This document shows positions 51,401-64,000 of a stretch of 64,000 bases of DNA, piece by piece. The position numbers and the translations under genes were made by a program. This DNA is from Marsupella aquatica (lineage: Eukaryota; Plantae; Marchantiophyta): the NCBI GenBank assembly GCA_973895155.1, contig OZ316894.1:6844234-6908233 (forward strand). The letters are read 5' to 3'. The notes beneath the pieces are model-generated. The model ran no database searches. It was given only the letters and a program-made list of their open reading frames with translations, and was not told where the DNA came from. The first letter of the stretch is position 1, and each line of letters starts with the position of its first letter.

Positions 51401-54400
51401 CTGCACTTTGTTGAGGGGTGTATATGATTGTTAACATCCTCTTAACTGGATGATATAGCCAAGTGCGAATCGTTTCATGCAAACATTGATACATGCATTC
51501 ATTTGACGTTCATCTTTCGTAGATTCCAAAAATGGGAGCCAGTTATGACCTTTACTGGTTTGCAGTGTACAGGAGGATTTTGACCTACTCACAAGTTTCA
51601 GGCCAGGCAACATGTTTATTGGCAGCAGAGACCGCACAAATAAAAAGTAGGTTTGTTTACTTCATCGTTGCTCTCTGCGAGAAATGAAATTGAATGCGAT
51701 GGGTATAGTGGTTTCATGCCGAGTTTTTACTCAGCACTGGAGTTTGAAATTAGATTACATCTCATTTGGATAGTGTTTGAAGACAATTTGTATTAATATG
51801 GGGTGTCGTCACACAGATGGGTGGTAACTTACGAAATTGACAATGGAACTTCAGAGAGCTATTTGTATGAGCCTAGCACGAAAAATCTAGTGTTGCTGTT
51901 TGAGCATCACCCAGCACTCAAGCAGTAAGTCTTTGTCTGCCTCTCGAGTGTAGGCTTTCCTTCTTTCAACTCGTGTACCTAAACGTACGAGAAGAGCAAA
52001 GTGGCCTTGAAGCATTGTACTGATTTTTTTCTGCAATTTGCTTCTTACATTGATAAATAATTGCAGGTACAAACTAGGTACAATGCATTTTCATCTTGTT
52101 AGAGCTCGTGATGGTCTGAATATCCCTGTGTACCTCACGTTACCACCGGCTGTCGAGGTAATTTATAATACATGAACTCATGGAACTGTTTGTCCGAGTC
52201 CATTTCAATTTCTGTTTCCTATCGCCAAAATATTAACACATGATGAACATGACAGCCGAAGAATTTGCCACTTGTGCTGCGAAGTCATGGTGGTCCGTGG
52301 TTTCGAGATTTTTGGGGGTGGGACAATGAAGCCCAATACTATGCGAGCCGTGGCTATGGTACTCGCACTCATTCATGGCCTGAATTTCTTGTTGAGAAGA
52401 GTGAATGTAAATGATGAGAGCTTTGGTTGTTGCCAAATATGCACTTCGAAACTCTCGTGGTACTCATTTTTTACCAATCTTGTTAGCAAATTGTTTAGGT
52501 CAAGGTTGGCCGTACCTTACAATCCGCGTTGGCTGGCTTCCAGCATGCTTGCAGGTTCAATATCGAGGGTCAGATGGTTTTGGCAAGCAATTTATGCACG
52601 CTGGAGATAAACAGTGGGCAGCTGGTATGCAGGTATACTTAGAATTCTAGCTGCTCTGTGGGGTCTCATTCTTACTCTGTCTTGTAACCTTGATAGTGTT
52701 GCTCTGAGGTGTATTGTCTCTAGTCTTATTAATTTGTTCAGAAATAGCCTTCAATGGTTTTCATTGATTCTTGTTTCCGCTTGCAATTAGGTGGTGGGTT
52801 AGGTTCTTCTGTGGGTCCCTTGATGAACCGTTTGAATTGCTGATTACAAGATTCGTCGACTTCGTCCAGGAATACTGCAACTAAAAACCGTGCTGGAACT
52901 AGCCTTTGAGTAGCAACTGGTTGGCTGTGCAAACATGTGCTCGAGTGTTTGCGATCGCCCTATAGTTGTTTATAATTTGATCTTCTCTTTGACCAATCTG
53001 AAGGTCGTTTTTTCAGAATGACATCACAGATTCCGTACTCTGGACGATTAGTGAAGGCATAGTGGACAAGGACCGAGTAGCCATCAGTGGTATTTCTTTT
53101 GGAGGATTTTGCTCTTTGGCCGGTGGCGCTTTCACCCCTGGTAGGTTCTGTTCACTGCTGGTGTACCTTCCTGAAAAGAACATATTGCTCACACTGAATT
53201 TGTGAGATCTGTTTCTCTTTTAGCTTCTAGACTAGACAACTTGACAGTCTGTAATTTAACCCTATACGTGTCTTGACTCCTTCATATCCTTGTGCAGATT
53301 TGTACAAAGCTATCATCGATTTGGTCGGCCCTTCTCAACTTGCAACCGTGACAACTAACATTGTCCCCTACTGGTAAACCCTCTGCGTCTTCAGGGACCT
53401 AGACCCACCCATTGTTTATTCATTCCCGAGCTTGCGGTGAACCTAGTTTTTGCATTCATGGCATGGCTTTTCTGGAGCGTCATTTCTTTTCTGTGCTTTG
53501 ACAACTGTCTTTGTTCGGTAAGGGCAAACTTGGTTAGGTCTTTGTTGGGTACATGCAAACTCGAATGAACACTAATTACAGGCATGCTAAGTGAGGTTTT
53601 CGGCTACCTCAAAGTGACTTTTGCTTGTTCTTTCCATCTAGGAAGTCGAAGAAACAAATTCTGCATGACAGGGTTATCGACGTAACAAATGATGTGGAGT
53701 TCAATAGGGAGCGATCACCGTTCTTTCATGTAAGGGCTTGCAATCCAAAAGTAATTGGACGTGTCTTTTTATTCAAGCATTGGTACTTTACCTGATGAAT
53801 ATTTATCTCAAACGTTAACTTTCTCCATCAGACGTCCTGATTGGGTTTCTTGGTTTTTACGAATGGTGATGAAGGCGGACAAATTTAAAGCGCCAGTCAT
53901 AATTGCAAACGGAGGGAATGACATTATTGTGAACCCGGGTGAGAGCAAGCAAATGTTTGAGGTGAGTTGTTGAACTGAATCATAGTAATGATACACTAGT
54001 ATCAGCCCGTCAATTTTTAATTGCCTTCTTGATTTGGTTCTTGTGATACCTGTGCCTTGCAATGTGGTCCGGAAAGGTTGTTCAGCGTCCTTGTTTCCTG
54101 TAGGAATACGATTTACGTCCGCTTGTTTCCATGGGCAAATGCCTGTTGGTTTGTAAGCTCATGTTGTGGAGATCTAAGTTGTGCCCAGTTCATTAAGTTC
54201 ACTTTTGTTATCTAGCAATGACTTAATTTCTTTTTCGTCGGGCCAATATATAGTTTAAGATTCCCTGGCGGCTTTGGCGATCTGAGTCATCAGATCTTTC
54301 CAAGTGGATATGACTAAGCTCGCTGATGTGTGCAGGCCTTGACTGAAAATGGGAAGCCTGTTCAGTACCTGGTTTACAACGATGAGGTACTTCCTTACTT

Positions 54401-54887
54401 CGCGACGAAATTAAAACTATTCCCTAGCTCGAGGTGGAAGTAGCCACTCCTGCAGTTGTACAGCTAACTGGATTCTATCAATTTTAGCGTCTAGCTCTTC
54501 TCAGTGAATATTACAGTGTCCTACCACAGATTTCATTCATGGTAGCTTCTGCATTTAATGTTAGACTGTGAGACAAGTCTGTTCATTGTAGTCTTAGTAG
54601 TGTGCTGCTAGTGTAGCTATGATGGCCTAGAAAGGCACGCAATGTACAGAAGTCTTCGAGCAAGTTCCTTCTGTTGTCCTTCGCCTTAAAAATGAAGGTG
54701 CACAACATGACAGTTCATTCTTTGCCTGGTTTCTCAGGGGCACTGGCTTGAACGGCCACAAAACAAGATGGATTGGTTTTGGCGAATCGAGAAGCTTCTC
54801 CACAAACAGATTGGAGGTCCATTGGGATCACCACCTCCTGTCCACAACACAGGAGCGACCTTGGTTTCAGATACGATTGGACTTTAG
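48407..54887 (+). CDS. S9 family serine peptidase (beta-propeller + alpha/beta hydrolase; dipeptidyl/acylaminoacyl-peptidase-like), ~20 short exons
   Basis: First exons 48407-48470, 48610-48728, 49073-49138, 49323-49383, 49652-49821; last exon 54738-54887. N-terminal LIPTEILFG..PRLSSDGKFLAY; QDNGGNEDFH; HGGPWFRD; RGYACLQVQYRGSDGFGK; nucleophile GISFGG (~53089-53106); Asp in GGNDII (53920); His in DEGHW. Some middle exon boundaries were not fully resolved. Confidence 0.88.
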
Positions 54888-55539
54888 TTCACCAGCCCCG
54901 GTGCTCGTCTGTGCGTGGACATCCAAATAGCATGTATGATAAACATAGTGACAGGTCTTAATTATTGATGGACCAGCGATGAAACATAATTCATTAGATC
55001 CTAGTTATGGTCCAGATTGATAGTTGTGACAAACGTTCAATACGGATCGAATATCAGTACTATCATCCTCATTGCCTCAGCAAATTGCAGAGGAGTTTTA
55101 GTGGATGCTGTACTGGGTCCCTTGTTTGCCACTTTCATGATTTATAGGTGGCAAAGTATTCTTTGATTCTTCAATCGTGAGCGCAATGAGCAAGCATGTT
55201 TTATGGATCACAGTAATCATACAACTTATGAAATTTGGTTTTGGCAAGTTCTTCCCGTTTGAATGACTTATCCAAACCCCATGGAGAGCAACGAGCTGTC
55301 TTGCAACTGAGGTCCCCTGGATGTATCCCTTCTAAAACTTTACATTCCCATAGTAAAGTAACTGCAGGTCTTCTCAAAGTTATTCCCCTTCTACTGTGAA
55401 ATTCCTAATTTCCATAACTCTACTTTCCGAAACTCTAATTTCTGGTGTAGAATGTGGTAATCACATCTTTATAATGACAGTCCTCAAACTGTTCAATGTT
55501 AGTTCAGCAGTGCATGGTGAAGGAACCTGGCTTCCTCTA

Positions 55540-58500
55540 ACCAACTACCACTTGATCTAGTGAAATCACTGAAAAGATGCTTGATGGGACCCTTGCCAAG
55601 CGGAGACCAGGCTGCAGGACTTCGAGACTGAAAAGGTTTGTTGGATGGCTTTCATTCTGCAATTTAGGTGGATTGGGGAGGGAGACAAATGCTCTAAACT
55701 TTTCTTCAGGAGCTTCAAGGGACTGGCCATGAACAAGGAAATCACCCAACTGTTTACACCGGAGGAGCAAATTGTCAGCCGATGGGAGGAACTGGCTTCC
55801 ACAGCTACCAATTTCTTCCAAGACCTTCTTGGCCGATCATATGGCTTTCACTGGGAAGAAGTGGCTCAGGTTCTGGAGCTGCAAACAAAACGAATCACCA
55901 CAGAGGACCAGGATCAGATGAATGCACCTATCACATTGGAGGAACTTGGGCAGGCTGCAACGGCACTTGCCAGCAACAAGTGCCCTGGACCTGATGGAAT
56001 CCCCGTTGAATTCTTTGTGGCCCACTGGCACATTGTGGGTCCCTCTCTCCATAGGGCTTTGTTGCACGGATTGGCTGATGGGTAGTTCTCCCCCAAAATC
56101 ACCAGGGGCCTAATCATCCTTCTACCTAAGCCGGACTATTGGAGGTCTCTAACTAATAAGCGCCCCATCACACTCTTGAATGTGGCTCATAAGATTGGTG
56201 CCAAGGTTCTTCAAATGCGCCTCATACCGGTTCTGCAGCAGTTCATTTTGCCCCAACAATTTGCTTTTATTCCAGGAAGGAACATTCATCATTCCCTTAT
56301 GCTTCTCAATGAGACGCTACATCATACTGCAACCTCCAGGCTTGAATATATTCTGCTCAAGTTGCATGTCATCAAGGCTTTTGACAAGCTTGAATGGCCC
56401 TTTTTGATGGCTTTTATGGAGAAGGCAGGATTCAATGGGCTCATAATGCAATTCTTGAGGGCAACCCAAGCATAGGCCTCCTCTGCTGTATTAATTAATG
56501 GGAGAATGGCCTCCCCCTTCAATCTAGCTCGTTTGGTGAGGCAGGGATGTCCACTATCCCCTCTGCTTTTCCTCATTGCCATTGACTCCCTTAGCAACAT
56601 TGTTTCCAGGGAGGTCAATCAAGGATCCATTCAAGGGATAGACATGCATCACTTGGCAGTTCATAATATCCACTACTTCTTTGCAGATGATATTGCCCTA
56701 CTCATTCATGCCACAATGCAATTTATCGACTCTTGTAAGATGGTTCTTGATCTCTTTGGCATGGCTTCAGGCCTATATTTGTGCCTGGGAGAAAACAAAG
56801 GCTGCCTTTATGTCCCCACGTAGGATTCCACTCGAATTCAGACATCTCCCCTGGAGGTGGGAAGATGAACAGAATGCCAGTAAGTTTCTCAGGGTCCCTC
56901 TTGCTCAACACATTTCCGAACATCAAATGGTCCAAACCTTATCGGAAAAACTGGAATCAAGACTTGACCAGGTCCGCACGACCTCAGGATCACTGATTGC
57001 CCGGGTCACGGTAGCAAACCATCTTGTCCTCAGCACCCTCTAGTTCACTCTTACCATATGGGCTGGCCAGCAATCTACCCTGGACAGCTTACAAAAGAAT
57101 ATCACTGGCTTTGTGTTGGCGGGAGGCCAGATCCAGAGTAGACCTTGCGACCATCACCAAACCAAGGGGACATGGAGGACTTGGGCTGATCTCGTTGTCG
57201 GCACAATTCAAGGCACTGGCGGGGAATTTCATTCATTATCTGGGCATTGGCAGAGGGGGACTACCCTCTTTGTTGCATCCTTCAATTCAAAATCAGGAAG
57301 CTTTCCCAGCTAAAGTGGGGGGCGGATGACTTCGCTTGGGCCTTCACACAATGTCATACTCTACCACAAAATAGCTCGCAGGTCTGGATGAATGTATGCA
57401 CTGCATGGAATGTTTTGAAAAAATAGTTGAGACCTACCTCACCGGGACACTTGGAAGGGATCACCTCTTTGGAATCCACATCTCAATCATTTCAACCCCA
57501 CGTCGGCTAGATGTCATACCAATCCTCAACGGAAAATCAAGAGGGGGGGTTTTCACTACATGAAAGATGTCTTGGATATTGCTGGCAACTTTATTAGATG
57601 GGAAGATGGGCCCTCCAAGTGGTTGCTTGGGATTGTGCTAGGGCATACAAGAAGATGATTGACAATCTCAGGGGGTATGGCACGCGTGACAGTAAACAGA
57701 AAAATTTTCCTGTTATCAGCAAAAAATTACTGTTACCAGGAAAAATAATCATGTCAAAATATTTTCTAAAAAGTCAGATTTCCAAAAAAAATTAAATTAC
57801 AATATTTTTTGGCTAGCTTTGGGTGCTAGCAAAAAACATAAAAAATTTCAAAAAAAAACAATTTCAAAAAACAATTTCAAAAAAAATTCAAAAAAAATTC
57901 AAAAAAAATTACCACTCATTTTCCTGTTACTGTTTGTTGTTATTGTTTGCTGTTTCCTGTCGTTTGTAAATACCCCATCTCAGGAGTGTCCCTGGATTAC
58001 ATTGTGACCCTAGGATGTTGTTCCCTATTTTCATGGAAGCATCTGTACATTTGGGAATACTCTACTGAGAAAAGACTCATCACTACACAGTTACAATTTT
58101 CCCAAGATACTTCCTCTCCACGGTGGACCTTCTTGGTGATCAATGGCTGTCTGTACAAGAACATCTTTGCCCCACCAATTGACACACTTCTACATAGGGT
58201 TCTAACCCACCACTTATGGATTGGCAGACCCATTCATTTGGCTACCTCGCACCTTTGCTCCAATATGATGGAAGGATGGCCTTCCCTTCTTGGACACATC
58301 CACAGCACATTTACGGGAGATCCAATGGCGCTCTTCAGAATCTCTCCACAAGGCAATACACAAATGGGTGACCAGGTTGAACTGGAATCCTAACCCCCAA
58401 ATGCTCTGGACCTCGGGGGTTTCACTTCCACAAAAATGGCATATCACGTGCGACGATGGATAGGGTCATTTTATTGATTTCTAAGGGAAGATTTTAGAAT

Positions 58501-59640
58501 TTTTGCAGAAGAACAATAGGGTCTTTTAAATTCAATTTTGAAACTTATAAGAACATTAGGGTCTTTTTCATCCAATTTTGGAATATTCCAAGAATATTCT
58601 AACTTTATAGGGGTTAAAAATTAAAAAAATTCTTACAATTTTGGGGATCCGAGGCCTAAAAACATTGCAGGTGATGGGGAGGTCCCCATATAGTGAGACC
58701 CCCAAGCTCTGGACATGTACCTGGCTCCCATTTAGGGCAGCCACAGAAAATTGCTTTCTCTAGCAACTAATTTACCGTGTTCCAGGTACGCAACATTGGA
58801 GATTTCCCTAATTACTACCGCATGATCCGATCACTTGGTGCACCACATGTGGGATGAATCAGCATGAGCACATTATACATTGCATCTGGGAAATGTAGAG
58901 TCTCGCAGATAGTTTGGACGTGGTTACAACACTTTCTCCAACACTGTTCATTTTCACAAGGGATCCAAGTCCAACTCATGCCTGTGCACATCTTCGTCGG
59001 GGCACCACTTCCGGATGGATGGGACATACCGGAGAAACTCTGGCATCTTCTCATGGCGCTCACTTGTTGGCACATCTGGAAAGATTGCTGCGCACATTTC
59101 ACTGAGCACACACTCCCCAATCCAGAAGGGGTTATCCAGAAAACATGGAGTCGGCTGAGCATTTATCTCCGACGTGATTGGGCCCAACATCCAAGATTCG
59201 GGTTGGGAAAACCACCTTTGGTGAGGCACATCATGAATTTTCAAGGGACTGTGGTACTTGGGATGGCCTTTGGAGCATACATCAAGCCACACTCCAAGTC
59301 CAACCGGTCCCACCACGCCCACCATGAGGATCCATCCCTTGCAGGTCTTGTAGCTGCACTACTGCTAGACTGATAGAGGAATCTTTATCATGGACCCACT
59401 AGAAGGGACCTCACTAGTCCCCGAACACTGGCCGGTCTTTGGGAGTGTGCTGCTCCTTTGGTAGTCTCCAAATCTCTTGTTTGGTTGCCTTCACGGAGGC
59501 TCTATCTTCTTGCCTGGTTCCGGCCCTTCCGGCTTTAGCACATTGACCTTTGGTCCCCATGGGTGGTCCCATTTTGGGGGCCCCATTTTGTATTCTGACC
59601 AAATGAATGGAATTCTTCTGGTTTTTCAAGGCAAAAAAAA
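55540..59640 (+). mobile_element. 5'-truncated, decayed L1-clade LINE (reverse transcriptase + C-terminal Cys/His region)
   Basis: KCPGPDGIPVEFF, RPITLLN..KI.AKVL, QFAFIPGRNI, KAFDKLEW, VRQGCPLSPLLF, FFADD, GGLGL, CWHIWKD. Multiple stops and frameshifts. 3' A-tract at ~59633-59640. Confidence 0.92.
57672..57976. mobile_element. MITE (~305 bp) nested in the LINE
   Basis: Termini GGGGTAT...ATACCCC with extended imperfect TIR (GACAG.AAACAG.AAA). Duplicated target ATCTCAG at 57665-57671 and 57977-57983 (8 bp, ATCTCAGG, on an alternative boundary). The LINE frame MIDNLR|SVPGL rejoins on removal. Confidence 0.85.
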
Positions 59641-60285
59641 GAACACATGACACAAAAATGTTAGAGAGGGCCTAGTTTATAACAAAAGTTTCATATAGGG
59701 CCTATCACCTAAATTCGTTTTGGCAGGGGTCCAGCAAGCATATATCTCCCCTTATTACAATTTATACTTTTAGGTTTCTTGGTATCTTGGTACCTCCAAT
59801 GTACAAAAGATACCTCCAATTGTACATACTTTAAACATCCTTCCCCAAAAGTCCTACAAGCTTTTTATTACCATTTTGGGAAAGATGTTTAAAGTTGGAC
59901 CAGCCTTATACATCATCTTTCAAAGCTTTGTCTTTTCTAATTAACTAAAGGTTTGACCCTAGTCTCTTCACCCTTAATTGTAGTCTTGACCTGGGACTCA
60001 TTACCTGACTTTCAAAGGTCCTTGGGTGACTTGGCACCTCTTCCCAAGAGTGAGACTAAGAGCCAACTTGCATGTGCAGGTCCTAAGAAATGTGGCCCTT
60101 CAACTGCAGCAAAAAGGAGATCTTCCACAATGACAAGCAGCCAGGAGGCCGATGACACAAGTACAAGAAGACAGAAAATGCAAGGGCGGGAAAGGTTCCG
60201 GCCCTTGCCCTCAGGACTCCATAAAAACCGGCATCAGGCCTGGTGTAGGAGGAGGATGTGGCAGAAAACTCTGCTCCATACATAA

Positions 60286-60457
60286 GGTGACATAACTGAA
60301 GTTTAGGGCCTACTTTTTGACAACCCTTCACATGCAAGTTGGGTGACATAACTGAAGTTTAGGGCCTAATTTTTGACAACCCTTCACGTGCAAGTTGGGT
60401 GACATAACTGAAGTTTAGGGCCTAATTTTTGACAACCCTTCACATGCAAGTTAGGTG
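60286..60457. repeat. 56-bp tandem repeat x3
   Basis: ggtgacataactgaagtttagggccta.tttttgacaacccttcac.tgcaagtt at 60286, 60342 and 60398. Confidence 0.92.
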
Positions 60458-60971
60458 TAAGAAATGTTTCAGGGATAATGTTGGTCTCTAGTCAGAAGGC
60501 TTCAAGGGGCCAACACTTGGTAAGTCATGACCGGTCTGTGAGGAGAGTGCACATGTACCAAGTGGCCCAAGACTTTAATTTTTGCTTTGAGTTGGTTCAG
60601 AAAAAATGCTCTTAACCCTTGAATATTCTCAAATATATGTGCGTCCTCTTGAGCTGGAAACGTTACAAGATAGGCTTTTACTTTTGTTTTGGGGACCTAG
60701 GTGACACCAAAACAATATGGCGCACAACATTGAGGGCCCTGTCAAAGACCTGATTGACTTTTAATTACAATCTTGACCCAGGACAGATGGCCTGACTTTC
60801 AAAAGGTCTTGGGTGACTTGGTACGTCTTCCCATTGGTGAGACAAATAAAGGCCTTAGGATGATGTCATTATTTTCCCTTTCAAGTGGGGCCAACACTTT
60901 TGCATGGCCATGACCAATGAGGAGAGGGCACACATACCAAGTGGCCCAAAACTAATTTACGCTTACTCTAA

Positions 60972-61293
60972 CTTCCACCAAAATTTATAGATCAGGAAAA
61001 AACAAAGTACAATGAAATGAACGAGAAAGAGTTCCAAAGAGGAAAAACACCTATTCACCAGAAAACAGAAAAGCAATTGTAAACCAAAGAGTACAATCAC
61101 CAAACAAGGAAAAAAAAAGTACATGAAAGAAAAGAAAAAGAGGTCCAAAGAGGACAATCACCAAATAAGGAAAAAGAAAAGCAAGTGCAATACTAAAAAG
61201 GAAAAAGAGATTTGCTTTTCTTTTTTCTTGTTAGGTGTTTTTTCTTTCCTTTCATTGTACTTTTGTCCCCTGATTTATAAATTTTGCTGGAAG
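60972..61293. mobile_element. Fold-back/MITE-like element with ~50-bp imperfect terminal inverted repeats
   Basis: cttccaccaaaatttatagatcagg...aaagtacaatgaaa matches the reverse complement of tttcattgtactttt...cctgatttataaattttgctggaag. TSD not clearly resolved. Confidence 0.55.
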
Positions 61294-62529
61294 ATTCATT
61301 GAAAAGTGTAAAAAAATATGGATCTCAACTCTCAAAATGAATGATTAGTTATTCCTAACATGGGAACCGTTTGGAGCCCTAAACACTACAAGATAAGTAA
61401 CTTTGGTGATCCTTCAACTTTTGGGTACTTTAAAGAATATTTTTTGCTCATTTATCTACATAGTACATATAGTCCTAAAAGCTTCTTCTTACCTTTTGGG
61501 GAAAGATGTTTAAAGTTGGAGCAACCCTATAGCGAAAGAAAAGGGAATCTGTGCAAGAGGGCAAGAAGAGACACCCATCCAAAAACTCACACAAGTCAAT
61601 GGTCAGTAATCAGAACCTATAGTACTTAATTCTTAAAACATCAGCAACAAATGGATCAACTAGGGAGATATTTACCAAAAAACTCTAAATAACTTTGTGA
61701 GAGCGCTTCAATAAAGTTATTCAGGGGTATGTCGTACTCTTCTTAATTGAGCCTATGTAAGTGAGACGAAAGTAAGAGGGCAAGGAGAGACACACCAGCC
61801 CAATTGGAACAATGCACCAATTAGGAGAAGTTTCAGGAAAAAATCTGAATGTGGCGCATAGACTCCTACAAAGACCCTATATAAGATTCAAGGAGACAAG
61901 TCCATGTTAATGGCTTTCATATGTAGGCTGCTGGCTACTGTAGTCCGCTGCCCAAAAAAAATCCATAAAAGTTTGACATTTTCTGTCAGTGTTACAAGAG
62001 TAGTCTGATCCCCACTTTTAGGTGGGATTGGTGTAAAAGAAAGTGTGCCTATAGCAAGATTCAAACTCAACAGCTCCAGCTCCCCATTCATAGGATCTAC
62101 CATATAGCATACTCATCCTCGAACATGAAAAGTTATTTTGTCCTCTAGCAAAAAGTTTAAGTTTTTTAGTGAAATATAGGTGATCTATTTTTTTGTGGCA
62201 AATATAAATAGGACATTGATTAGGAAGCCCGGAAGCGTGACATGAAAAGTTGTGCACATAAGGTACAAGAATAAAAGTACACATGTAAAAAAAAGTAATA
62301 GTGAACAGGAAAAATTTAAGTCTATGGTATTGGGTTCTGCACATACTATACACCAGTAAAGATACTTATGTACTTATCTTAGGTAATGACACTCAAATGA
62401 ATTAAAACCATAAATTTAGGACACAAAACCATGAGTAGAACTTAAAGACATGAGGAGTGCACTTCAATTAGATCATTTCTTCTTCACTAAGGGCTAGAAC
62501 TTTAGTGAGCTTTGTTAAAGAATAACACA

Positions 62530-64000
62530 TACTTTTTACAGAAAAGGGCCAAATAGAGTACAAAAGAATAAACAAGAGAGGTCCGAAGTGGACAAAACCA
62601 AACGCAAAAGAAGTGAGCAAAAGGAAACCCCTAAAAACCAAGAAAGAGTAACTAAAACTACCGCAAATGGACCAAGGTCCTCATCATTCCTAGCAAATGT
62701 GGCAGAAAGCTAATGGTCTACATCAAGTGTCAAAACTAAATCGGCAAGTGGGATTGGAATGTCCTCTAGGGGGGCTAGCCGCTGTGGAGTCACACTAGCA
62801 CCCACTGTCAGAGATTGACGATAGATGGCCCGAGCTTGAGCACGCTGTAAGGTGACTGAAATGCGTTGGCAAAAGTGCGTGGTCAAAACAGATAGCGGGG
62901 GTCCAGTGGGACCCATCCGGCCGTGAACATCCCGAGCAGCTTGGCGAAGAAGCCCATCAAAGTGATGATGGAGACGCCCAAATATCTCAAGAGCAAGGGG
63001 CAGGAAGCTATCAGATGGAGCTCGTGCAACATATTTGGCCACCTTCGTTGTTGCTGCTCGTGATGCTGCTGCCCCTGCCGTTGTTGCCGCTGTCCCAATG
63101 ATGTCTTGGCGCAATGGGTTTGCCACCACTACATCTGCCAAAGTACGGTGACCCTCACGGACCATGGTAAGATCCACCCATAACCGCTGTGATGGAGGAC
63201 CAGGTAACTCGAGCACCACCTCCCGCCGTGCGCAGACCAAAGAGCCAGAAAGAACCTGAGCAGTGGCATCTCTCACAGTATCGTGAACAAAAATGGTTTC
63301 GCCGCCCAAACTGCACCGAAGAAGATGGACACCTGTGGCATCACAAGGCTTCCCACAAGTGCAAGTAGGAGGTAAACCAGCAAGAAGTGGGTGGGGCAAG
63401 CCCATACGAAGACGCATGGCTGTCGCAAACTCCACTGAAGACATCCGTAGGTGAGGAATGACTGGATTGGCCTGAAGCCAGCCTCTTGCGCCCTTCCCTC
63501 CGGAAGAAAGAATCCGAGCTCGGTCCATGTCAGGTGCCTCGTTGAGGATGTTGGAGAGGGTGAAAGCGTGCATACGCCCAGCAAGGTCTGCCTGAAGATG
63601 GACGGGGTCCAAGGATAAAAACTCCTGAAATGAAGGTAACGCAGCTCGAACAGGATCTGGTAATGATGACCGCGCCACGCGCAAATGAACCTGAAATGGG
63701 AGGGAACCCTCCTCTACCTCCATGAGAAACGAAAGTAAAAAAGGTCGATCCTCAGTAAGGAAACGATCTGCCAACAATGAGAAGGCGGCCGCCCATGCAC
63801 CCAAAAAGGCCAAAGGTGCAAGACGCTCAGTGGAAGTAAGCCCAAAACCACCGTGAGAAATAGGAAGACTGAGCTGTCGATGAAGCCACAGAGATGAGAA
63901 CAAAGTATCTGGCCCTAAAAGCGGGCCTAAAAGAGAAGCCAAAGTCTCATGAATGGAGACATCAAACGCTCGGAGGTGTAGATACAAATCCTCCGTAGGG
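62530..64000 (-). mobile_element. 3' part of a non-LTR retrotransposon with restriction-like endonuclease (CRE-clade-like); ORF open for >=425 aa, stop at 62710
   Basis: RT thumb QLSLPISHGGFGL; GARGWL..NP; F.TAMRLRMGLP; CxC..CD..G.H...C; HDTVRD; RLE core WVDL...LADVVV.NP and A..KVAKY; FLPLALEIFG; QRISVTLQRAQARAI. T-rich 3' UTR to ~62530. Truncated by the window edge. Confidence 0.85.

Noticed and set aside
58461-58660. AT-rich insert in the LINE starting TAGGGTC and ending GGCCTA (hAT-like?)
   Set aside because: The terminal match is too short and no target-site duplication is visible.
59650-62500. Possible relationship of this repeat-rich tract to 18700-19830
   Set aside because: Only patchy similarity by eye in low-complexity sequence; it needs an alignment before it can be claimed.

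Overview
Eukaryotic nuclear DNA with GT-AG spliced genes and plant-type TEs. A non-seed land plant (bryophyte, possibly a liverwort) is inferred from gene and TE content, not proven. Six host genes lie on the + strand: (1) an 8-exon, ~1400-aa NLR-like STAND protein with an N-terminal helical domain, NB-ARC, ~12 ARM repeats and 4 TPRs, with no LRR (2022-8866); (2) a fasciclin-like arabinogalactan protein whose GPI signal is out of frame; (3-4) a tandem pair of ~197-aa NTF2-like genes resembling a fungal family and diverging in one segment; (5) an EamA/DMT transporter; (6) a bacterial-type S9 peptidase lacking the conserved post-Asp arginine. Between them are a decayed two-gene Mutator-like element with internal 140-bp repeats and a nested solo LTR, several MITEs, a decayed L1-clade LINE, and the 3' part of a CRE-like RLE retrotransposon at the window edge. 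The best candidate for an undescribed system is the NB-ARC-ARM-TPR receptor-like gene. All gene models and family calls were made by eye, without database searches.
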